Below, piece by piece: positions 13,401 through 23,053 of a stretch of DNA of 64,000 nt. Both the position numbers and the translations under genes were made by a program. The DNA lies in contig OZ210885.1 of NCBI GenBank assembly GCA_964658305.1, positions 14,012,001-14,076,000 on the forward strand, written 5' to 3'. The notes under the pieces are model-generated. The model saw nothing but the letters and a program-made list of their open reading frames with translations. It did no database searches and was not told the origin of the DNA. This DNA is from Leptogorgia sarmentosa. Taxonomy: Eukaryota. The first letter of the stretch is position 1, and each line of letters begins with the position of its first letter.

Positions 13401-13934
13401 CTCCAAATCTGGAGATTTATCAGACCAGTGCGCGACACGGCATGGTTAGCGACGCATGGCATCTTGCCAACAGCAGACCGCTTGACTCGGTTTGGCATGT
13501 CGGTGGATCCTCTGTGCCATTGCGGACAAGTCGAAACATTGATTCACCTCTTTGTGGATTGTCCGGTGGCAAAACACATGCTGAGATGGTATGTCTCCCT
13601 GACACAAAGATCGGTACCTTGGGTTGGTATGCCTACACCATCACAGGTGTTGGTAGGTTACAAACAAGTGGTCAAGATTCCACCAGTTTTTCCGTGCCTT
13701 CTCGGGATAATCAGGCACCGCATATGGGTAGCCAGGAATGGTTGGAGATTCGACCAGGTCCCCGTAAGATACGAGAGAGTTCTGTCAGCCATAAAATCTA
13801 CGCTGCGCTTTACGTTGCGCATGCAGAGGCGACACTGTCCAGTGGATAGGTTCTCGGAATTGTGGTTAGCTGGTGGGCTGTTTGGAGTGGTGTCTCGGGA
13901 AGGAGATCAAGTAATATTTCCAGGTGAGATCTGA
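10401..13934 (+). pseudogene. Element A ORF2 (APE endonuclease, RT, C-terminal zinc finger); one in-frame TGA at 13119
   Basis: SLNCQG, LQETH, GDFN, SDH; LDQEKAFDRV, QGCPLSP, YADD; CHCGQVETLIHLFVDC; ORFs 10386-13121 and 13125-13934 share a frame. Confidence 0.95.
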
Positions 13935-14926
13935 TAGTCTTAAGATGTAATGTAGTAACGGCGGGGGGTCGCCTTTGCTGGTAGCACTGCCCACAGTTGT
14001 GTCCCAGGAAGATCTGGTGGTCGCCTTAGCTGGTTGTACTGCCTGTGTTGGATTGGGTTGTATGTTTTGTCTCCCATGAAGATCTGGTGGTCGCCTTTAC
14101 TGGTTGTACTGCCTGTATTGGATTGGGCTGTCTGTACGTTCAATTTTTGTCCTGTGGTTTGCTCGGATTTCATTCGGGTAGGCTGCACAGGTTTTCAATG
14201 TTTTAGATCTTGGGGTCGCTGCTCATGTTGCATCCGTCTAGCTCAACATCACACTCCGACCATTTCACCATCATAGGTTAGGGATCCCTGGACGTGAAGG
14301 TGGGTAGCACCGGATCGTCCAGACCATTAACGGTTGTTTCATGGCACGGGGGAGGGGTTCATGACCTCAGTCGATCCGCGTCACCTGTAGTGACCCCCCT
14401 GAATGCGGCGATTGCACCGGGTTCAGGCTCCATTGCACCGTCGGAGTCGAGTAGCCCGTCGTCGTACAATTCAAAATAAGAACTCTAACTGTTGGTCCGA
14501 ATCCTCTTAGAAGTTCTCGTGGTGAAAGAAGATTTGTGCTCGAGGTTCGTGTTTCGTGGATCGTGGTGGTTTGGTGCTGTCCATCCATTTCCAGTCCTGT
14601 GAAGTCCTGTTCAGTGTTGTCAAAGTCTGTTCCTGTTTCCTGTGGCTGTTTTGCTGTTCGTTCGTGAAGCCTGGTCCTTGGTCTTGCGTTTCGTGTTTGT
14701 GCCCGTTTGCGGGGCCCTCTAGGGGGTAACGCTAAGGCGGTGGTCTTTTTTCCTTCTTTTTGTTGCGTCTGTGGTCAGGTTCGCCTGATCTCCTTGTTCG
14801 TTCTAATCTTTTCCAGGAGCAAGTGGCTTGTTCCTTGTGTGTGAAAAAAAAAAAATTTTTTTTTTGATAGGACTCAGTTGAAACAATTATGCCAGATTTA
14901 GGTCTTACTGTTAATTGTAGTCAAAT

Positions 14927-16366
14927 ATGATACCCTATATCAATAGGACAGTGGATGTTATTTTGTCCACTCAATTGGAAGCGAGGGATGTCAATATCCG
15001 TGAGGTCATTGACGAACTCAAATCACAATTTAATGGGTACGCACACATATTTGAAGCTGTAGTGCTTGTGTCTCCCGGTACACACCGGATTACATGTAAG
15101 AGCTCCCGTAAGCTTGAGCTTTTTGAGGCTGCAGGATTTTTCGTTAGGGGTCTGCCTGTTGAGGTCAAGCCCATTAACTCGTTAAAGTGGGTTAACATCT
15201 CTAGGTTATCCTATGGGGTGCCAGAAGATGCTGTTCGTGCGGCGTTAGCCCCATATGGAGACATTCGTCTCTTCAAATTAGAAAAATATTCAAATATTTA
15301 CACGGGTGTGCGCCATGTTTTGATGGAAATACGCACTGAGATCCCTACCCGCATTAGGGTTGCCGGCCATCATTGTGTGGTCTATTATAAAGGGCAAAAG
15401 CGTCCCTGTTTTTCTTGTGGACTAGTTGGACACTATACTGATAAGTGTCCGACCAAATCGGCTCCAGGGGCTGTAACTTCTAAGGCTAGCACGTCAGCTG
15501 AATGGGGGGCTACCGTAGAAGTCCACTCGGGCCAATCATATGCGTCTGTTGTTACCAGTACGGGGACTGCTGTTACTAGTACGGCGTCTGAGCCCGTTGT
15601 TAGGTCCTCTCCCATTATTACATCTCTTTCACCGGAGAGGTCGGCATCTGTTAACGTTCCGGTTGTGGTACCAGAGGTGCCTGACGTTGCAGGTGTGGTT
15701 AGTGAATTGCTAGCCTCGGTTGCCAGGGAGAGTTCGGCTCCTGCAGTCGACCCCTTGGCTCCCATGAATTTGGTTGTGGAGTCTTCGGCGCTTGGAGTAG
15801 AGCCGACAGCTGTCATTCAGGAGCCTGGAGCTCCTGTTGAGCCTCCGGCTTCCGCTGTGGAGCATATGGAGGCGTCCGTTTCTGCTCTAGGATCTGCGGA
15901 GGTGGCTTTAGCCTCCCGTACCCCATTGCCAGGTGGTGATGAGGTTGATACGGACACACCTCCATCGGCGGAGAGTCCCTCATTCAAAGGGAACAAACGT
16001 TCCCGGCCAAGATCTCTCACCAGGTCAAATTCGCGGTCTCCCATGAGGAAGGATAGGCGTAGTTTGTCTGCGTCCTCTGGTGACTCGGCTCGTGATGATG
16101 ACTCGGATAGTATAGGTGCACAGGGTAGGAGTCGGGGGCGGCAATGCCGTCCCGCGACCCTGTCAACGCCTCCTTTTTGTCCTGACATTATTCCTGCCCC
16201 ATCGACTATTGATTCTAGGACGTCCTCTTTAACTCAGTTCACCCCGAACCTGCCTTGTGTTACACAGGATAGGATTAACTTTGCCGGACCGGAGGTCTCC
16301 TCCGATGAATTTTCTTTTGGAGATACAGGAATGTCTCCTGCATCTCTCGTGAAAGATTTCGCTTAA
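14927..16366 (+). CDS. Element B ORF1 (zinc-knuckle nucleic-acid-binding protein), open
   Basis: 479 aa; WVNISRLSYGVP, YKGQKRPCFSCGLVGHYTDKCP. Confidence 0.88.
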   Translation: MIPYINRTVDVILSTQLEARDVNIREVIDELKSQFNGYAHIFEAVVLVSPGTHRITCKSSRKLELFEAAGFFVRGLPVEVKPINSLKWVNISRLSYGVPEDAVRAALAPYGDIRLFKLEKYSNIYTGVRHVLMEIRTEIPTRIRVAGHHCVVYYKGQKRPCFSCGLVGHYTDKCPTKSAPGAVTSKASTSAEWGATVEVHSGQSYASVVTSTGTAVTSTASEPVVRSSPIITSLSPERSASVNVPVVVPEVPDVAGVVSELLASVARESSAPAVDPLAPMNLVVESSALGVEPTAVIQEPGAPVEPPASAVEHMEASVSALGSAEVALASRTPLPGGDEVDTDTPPSAESPSFKGNKRSRPRSLTRSNSRSPMRKDRRSLSASSGDSARDDDSDSIGAQGRSRGRQCRPATLSTPPFCPDIIPAPSTIDSRTSSLTQFTPNLPCVTQDRINFAGPEVSSDEFSFGDTGMSPASLVKDFA

Positions 16367-16426
16367 CTTGTCTTGTTAGTTCTTTAGTTTATATTGAGTT
16401 TTGAGTATTGCCAATACATAATCTTG

Positions 16427-19400
16427 ATGGCTACCAATTACAGCGAATCATTGTGTTCTTTGTCGCTGATATCTTTAAATTGTCAAGGATTTAGAGATAG
16501 TTTTAAGCGTGCTGCATTTTTTTCTTGGTTAGCATGTGTGAAGGCAGACATCGTCTGTCTGCAAGAGACTCATGCCACCTCTTCGGAGGAGTTTTCATCT
16601 TGGGTTACATCCCAGTTCGACTCAGGTAATAATTCGCTAAGATATTTGGCGGTCTCTTCTCCTGGTACTGCTCGGAGTCGTGGTGTGGCGGTGTTGTACC
16701 GCCCATCATTGCGTGTGGTTCAGCAGTATGCCGATTCCGAAGGACGATTACAGGTCGTTCAGTTTTCCTGTGTGGCTAGTGAGTCGTCCTCATTTCAGGT
16801 TGTTAACTTATATGGCCCTAATCGTAAAGTCGAAGGGGAGGCCTTTTTCGAGGCGGTTGTCCCTCGCATTGAGGCGGGAATGTCTACCTTTGTTTGCGGT
16901 GATTTTAATACCGTGGTCAATCCTGATCTTGATCGCCGAGGTTGTAATTCTTCTTCCCCTTGGGCATATAATTGGCCAACATCTCTTTCTGTGCTTACGT
17001 CGCATTTTAATCTGTTCGATGTTTGGCGGGTCCGGCATCCAGATGCTCGAGAGTACACTTGGCATCGGGCAAATGGGTCACAAGCATCTCGTCTTGACAT
17101 GTTTTGGGTTTCGTCTGATCTTGTGTCAGGGGTGAGGGACGTGGAGATTTATCCGTTTTTCCGTTCTGATCATTCGTATGTGTTTTTGCATGTCAATCTC
17201 CCCAGCTTGCCTGATAGGGGTCCGGGGGTTTGGAAGTTCAATACTTCCCTTTTGGCAGACGTGGAATTTGTTGCTCAGGTGCGCACATTTTGGGCTAATT
17301 GGCAAGAGGAAAAGGCTGATTTTCCCAATCTCGCCGTTTGGTGGGATGCGGGCAAGAAAAGATTGAAGCGTTTGATGCGCTGTTATTCTCGCGAACGCGC
17401 TTCGGCTCGTCGTGCTCGTCTTACGTCACTTGAGCGTACATTGTATCACCTTAATCGTCGTGAGAATAACGGTGAGGATGTGAGTCAATTTATTGCTGAC
17501 GCTAAGGCTTCGATTGAGGCGGAGTATTCACACCAAGCTCAGGGTGCTCGGTTGCGGGCCAAGGAGCAGTGGGCAGAAGAGGGTGAGACGTCCTCAGCAT
17601 ACTTTTTCCGTCTTGAAAAGACTCGGTCGCTTCGGCGGCTTTTTACTGGCATTCGTAATGCCCAAGGCGTAGTTGTGCGTTCCATCTCGGCCATCATCCG
17701 GGTCTGGTGTATTTTTTATGTCCAGTTGTTTACAGTTGTTTGCTGCGGTTCTCTGCCCTAGTGACCAAGATTTCTTTCTGGAATCTTTGGATTCTACTCT
17801 GTCCGATCGTGAGGCTGCTCTCTGTGAAGGCGTTGTGACTAATGCAGAGTGCTTGACCGCTCTCAAAGGATTTGGCCGGAATAAGTCTCCTGGTATCGAT
17901 GGGCTTCCCTATGAGTTTTATTTGCGCTTTTGGGACGTGCTCGGTGGTGATTTAGTGGACGTCTACAATAATTGTATTACTCACGGGTCCTTATCGTTTT
18001 CACAACGCACGGGTCTTATCACTTTGCTGTATAAAAAGAATAATAAGTTGGATACTAAGAATTGGCGTCCTATCTCACTGTTGTGCACGGACTACAAGAT
18101 TCTCACGAATGGTTTGAAGCCTGTTTTGTCCTCCGTTGTGTCACCTTCTCAGGTGTGCGGTGTACCAGGTCGGTTTTCTGGGGCACACGTGCGTCTGCTT
18201 CAGGATGTGGTTAATTTTGCCAATATGGATAACATCGGTGCGGGAATTGTCTCCCTAGATCAGGAAAAAGCGTTCGATCGCGTGGATTGGGCGTTCATGT
18301 TGAAGGTGTTGAAGCAGATGAACTTCGGCTCGTCCTTTTGTGCCTGGGTACAATTATTGTATACCGATATTTTTTCCCACGTGATGGTCAATGGGTATGT
18401 TAGTGAGGGTTTTAAGGTTACCCGTGGTGTCCGACAGGGATGTCCTTTGTCTCCGCTGTTGTATATTCTTGTGGCTGAAACCATTTCGGCTGCTATCAAG
18501 AAGGATCCCGCGATTGACGGTTTGTCTTTGCCAGGTGGTGAGAAGGTGAAGATTTTTCAGTATGCAGATGATATTAGCATACTAGTCCAATCGGATCAGG
18601 CCTTGCAGGCCTTGTTTTCCTTGTTTGAGCAGTATGAAAGGGCATCGGTTGCTAAGCTCAATGTTGCAAAGAGTCATGGTCTGTTGGTTGGCGCCTGGAA
18701 GCAGCGAGTAGACTTGCCGGTTGAGCTGAATTGGTCGAATGATTTTATCACTGTCCTCGGGTGCCGGATAAGTAATGCTAATCAGGTTGATTGGCACTCT
18801 TTGTTGGAACGGTTCAATAGCCAATTGGTGTTATGGAAGCAGCGTCAGTTGTCATTTCGGGGATGTGCATTAATTGCCAATGCATTAGGGCTGTCCATTT
18901 TTTGGTATCAAGCCACTATTTTCGATGTACCCAAGACCGTAATTCATGCCATCAATAAGATCCTCTTTCCCTTTGTGTGGGGTAAGAAACGGGAATGGAT
19001 GGCTCGTACCTCTGTCACGCAACCTGTAGCCCAAGGTGGGTTTGGTGTGGTTGATGTGGCTCGTAAGATTTCGTCCTTGCGGGCGGTCTGGTTCCGGCGT
19101 TATCTCTCGCACTCGCCGCATCCTTGGTCGGTCTTTTTTAATTATCATGTGGAGGCAGTGTTTCATGTTTATCCGACTGCGGTTTTGAGTCGGGATTCCA
19201 TTCCCGCATATTTGATCAAGAGGCTTCCGGCCTTTCATGCCTCGCTTCTGCAGGTGTGGGCTGACCTGCATGGTAGGAAGGAGCAGGGTATCTGGGTGAT
19301 CCCTCGTCCTTCTGGGGATCCGTTACCTGTGGCTGAGTTAACAGCAGCCTTGGGATACTCGTTCCTCTCGAGACACCAGGTTGTTGAACATCGTTCTGTG

Positions 19401-19991
19401 GCTAAATTCCGCGATTGGGGAATTGGTGTTAGTTGGCCGTCTGTGTGGGCCAGTCTTCATTTGTGGCGCTTTGTGCGTTCTGTTCAAGATACTGCGTGGC
19501 TGACATTCCATGGTATCCTTCCTACTTCTGATCGTCTGGTTAGGTTCGGCATGAAGGTTAACCCTGATTGTTTTTGTGGCCTTCCTGAAGATCTTCTTCA
19601 TCTCTTTGGTCGATGCCAGGTTGCTCGCGACGTTCTTGACTGGTTTGTGTTGCAGGTTCAAGTTTCGTGTCCTTCTGTCACTTCTCTTTCTCTTTCCGAC
19701 ATTCTCTTTGGTTTCTCTTCTGCTTCTCCGGTTCCTGTAGTGTATAATGCTTTGCTTGGTATTCTTCGTCATCAGATCTGGCTTAGTCGCAACAGGCAGC
19801 GGTTTGAGGGTATTGACCCGGATGTCGCCGTGTTGTTGCGTAAGGCAAAATCCACCTTTCGTTTTCTTGTTCGAATGCACAAGCGCCATTGTCCACGCCA
19901 ACGGTTTATTGAGGTTTGGCTCGCCAACGGTAATGTTGGTCGACTTACGGATGAGGATTGGATTCACTTTTCTCGTGATTTTGTTACTTGA
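16427..19991 (+). pseudogene. Element B ORF2 (APE, RT, zinc finger), frameshift near 17740
   Basis: Overlapping ORFs 16394-17761 and 17673-19991 carry the EN and RT motifs (LQETH, GDFN, SDH, QGCPLSP, YADD). Confidence 0.93.
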
Positions 19992-21915
19992 TGTTGGTTG
20001 GTTGTTCTTTGGTGATGTTCGTTAGTGTTGTCCATGTTGATTGTTAGCCTGACGATGCGATGGTCGCCTTAGCTGGTTGTACTGTCGTTGTCTGACGGGG
20101 TCCTTTTTTGTCCTTGCATCTTTAATTTTTGCCCTGTGGTTCACTTGGGTTGCACAGGTTTTCCAATGTTTTCGATCTGGTTGAATCAGTGGGGTTGCTG
20201 CTCATGTTGTCGCCATCTAGTTAACATCATCCTCTAACTGTGTCATCATCATAGGTTAGGGATCCCTGGGCGTGATGGTGGTTAGCATCAGATCGTTCAG
20301 GCCATTCATGGTTGCATCATGTCATCATCGCGTCACCTGTAGTGACCCCCCTGAATGCGGCGATTGTGACGTTCGTTGATATTATGTTATACTTAAATGA
20401 AGTAGATCGCCTAGCGGTAGATTACTTCCGGCTCAAAGACGTAGCGAACACGTTGTTTTTCAAAAGGATAGAAACAGTCGAATTATTATTATAGTAAAAG
20501 TACTTTATATATCGTCAAAATCAGAAGTAAGTTTAGTAATATGTATTTGTAGTTTGTATCAGTAGTATGTATATTAGTTATAGCCTTTATTTACACGTTT
20601 TCCTTGTATTATTCTTAGTTTTTACCGCTTTGTTTACGTGCAATTTTGCTAAAATAAATTGGAGTGTGTTTGCACAACGCAGTGGTTAAATTCAAGTGAA
20701 CTTGACGCAGCAGCAACCTCTCGTGGTGTGTCGAGAACGCAACAGTAAAAATTCTGATTTCGCAGAATAAAGAAATCAAAGGTAAGCGAAAGTTTCGTAT
20801 TACACGAGTATGAGTATCAAAGGCGACAAGGACTCGTTTGAACCAAGTCAAACTATGGAGAATCAAAAGAGGATAATTACTCGGTCGAGTAAAGTCTTTC
20901 AAAACACTGTCAATGACAAAGTTGAGTTAGCTATATGCACCCGGAGCAATTTGATTACACTTATGAAGAAAGTCGAGGAATGTAACAACAACACTACTGA
21001 GAAACATATGGAGGAACTCATAAAAGTTACTAAGGAGTATGAACTCATAACTAATGAGCTTAAATGCCTGCTAGACCAGGACAAATATGGAGATTTCAGG
21101 GAGGAAGCTGATTGGCAAAAAAAGGAACAGACTATTAGCAAAGCACATAGCTTGATTAAGAATACCAAGACTGTGCAATCTGATAGACGCTCGCAGGCCC
21201 CCTCCTGGCGTTCAAGATCACACTCGCACCGCAGTCGTCGACCCTCTTCTTCAACGAGTAGCTATACTAGATTAAACGCTCTAGCAGAAGCCGCCGCAGC
21301 CAGAGAAAGCGCGGAGTACGAACGGGTGATGGCAGCAAAGGAGCATGATTGCCGTCAGCGAGAATTAGATCACGCAAAAGAAATGGCAGTATTGATCGCA
21401 GATAAGAAGGTAGCCATTGCCAATGCAAAACTGAAAGCCATCGAGGAGGCTTTGCAAGATCAGGAGCTAGGAGAGAGAGCCAGTCTTCCCGAAGTCCCAG
21501 AGGTAAGAGCCGAAAAAAGAACAGATGATTGGGTAAACTCGGTTGCTTCACAAGAAATTGTTGGTGAAAACCCCCACGTTTCCCCCCTTCCTACCACAAA
21601 TCTTGGGAATCCTATTTCAAACACAACTCCTGTAAAAAAGCTTCATGTTATTGTTATATTAGAATGGTGGGTTTAGGGCCACTCCCGTAGACAGCCTGTG
21701 CACGGGCGAAGAGTATAGGGGGTGTGGTTTTAGAAGGGAGAAAAAACAGTGAAGTAGTCAAGTTGAGTTGCTAAATAAAAATACAAAATTCGTGAGTCGT
21801 GAGGTTTTTTAAAGGAGACGTAACACCTCCGCGTGCGACGTTTTCGACACAGTGGCGACCCCGGCAGGATATCGAAGCACTGCAAAACAGTAAATGGCGA
21901 AGTCTGGCGAGTCTA

Positions 21916-22685
21916 CAGGGTGTATCAAAAAAAAGTTTACTCGCGAAAAATGTCTTTTAGGCCGAAGCGCACGCACCCCATTGCAAACCATTGGTATATC
22001 TAAGTAGTTTGAGCCCTTCGGATACATCCTACACTAAAAGTTTGCAGAAAACGACCATTTTACGACTACGAAAAGTGTTATAAAAAGCCGTAGTAAAAAT
22101 GGCTTGCGCGAAAAAATGTGAGGCGGAAAATGCAATTTGATTTGACAGCCTAAATCTATCGAACAAGTTTCATAAGTTATTCAAGTTTTGAGAAATTTGG
22201 TGCACGCTGAGACGAACGTGCGATGTCCAAAAACTGGATTTTGCGTTTTTTCCTGCGTGATTACCGATTAATTTATCCATAATTGGATATTTGCATTAAT
22301 TACCAATGCAAATTGCAAGCTAATTCCCAAGGTACGTAATTACGCGAAGAAATTGCGGAAAATCCAGTTTTCGGGCATCGCACGTTCGTCTCAGCGTGCA
22401 CCAAATTTCTCAAAACTTGAATAACTTATGAAACTTGTTCGATAGATTTAGGCTGTCAAATCAAATTGCATTTTCCGGCTCACATTTTTTTGCGCAAGCC
22501 ATTTTTACTACGGCTTTTTATAACACTTTTCGTAGTCATAAAATGGTCGTTTTCTGCAAACTTTTAGTGTAGGATGTATCCGAAGGGCTCAAACTACTTA
22601 GATATACCAATGGTTTGCAATGGGGTGCGTGCGCTTCGGCCTAAAAGACATTTTTCGCAAGTAAACTTTTTTTTGATACACCCTG
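21916..22685. mobile_element. Fold-back MITE of Tc1/mariner type with ~330-bp inverted arms
   Basis: TA|CAGGGTGTATCAAAA ... TTTTGATACACCCTG|TA; arms ~21916-22247 and ~22356-22685 are near-perfect reverse complements. Confidence 0.92.
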
Positions 22686-23053
22686 TATACAGGACCATAC
22701 CTTCAAGATCAAGTGAACATTGTGCATTTCTACGACGAAATTCTCGTGATTTGTGAGCCGTGGTAGGAAAATTAGTTAACGGTGTCTTACTTTGCTTTAT
22801 TATCGTGCGTTATTGGGGACTATTATTTTATTTCTTGTTCTTTTCCGTAAAATTATACGACAATTTGCGCTATATTTGGTGGTTAGTCATCATTTGGAAT
22901 CGTGACCACGTGAGTGATGTGAGATAAGGCCTGGAACGAGGCATACCGAGTACGTCATGTAAGAACATCTTTCGAACCTGTGATTCGCAATACATATTCG
23001 AGAGATTTTCGCCAGATCGGCGGACCCTGTTAAGTCATTTATTCACTAGACTA

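Larger units (their letters stand above)
8141..14476 (+). mobile_element. Tx1-clade non-LTR retrotransposon A, full length, inserted in U2
   Basis: Starts directly after U2 nt 26/27; ORF1 plus ORF2; ends CAATTCAAAA followed by target duplication TAAGA (14477-14481). Confidence 0.93.
14482..20364 (+). mobile_element. Tx1-clade element B (different family), in tandem behind A at the same U2 site; 3' tip lost at a BEL LTR
   Basis: Separated from A only by TAAGA; 5' end ACTCTAACTGTTGGT resembles A's ATTCTGGCTGTTGGT; 3' UTR aligns with A up to GAATGCGGCGAT. Confidence 0.9.

Noticed and set aside
9287..14322. Selenocysteine or programmed read-through: both element A ORFs are broken by a single in-frame TGA and the 3' UTR has a UGA/GA hairpin
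   Set aside because: The hairpin lacks the longer upper helix and apical adenosines of a SECIS; families B and D are open at the equivalent ORF1 position; CGA-to-TGA decay is simpler
21809..22756. Identical peptides MYPKGSNYLDIP on opposite strands
   Set aside because: Artefact of the MITE inverted arms
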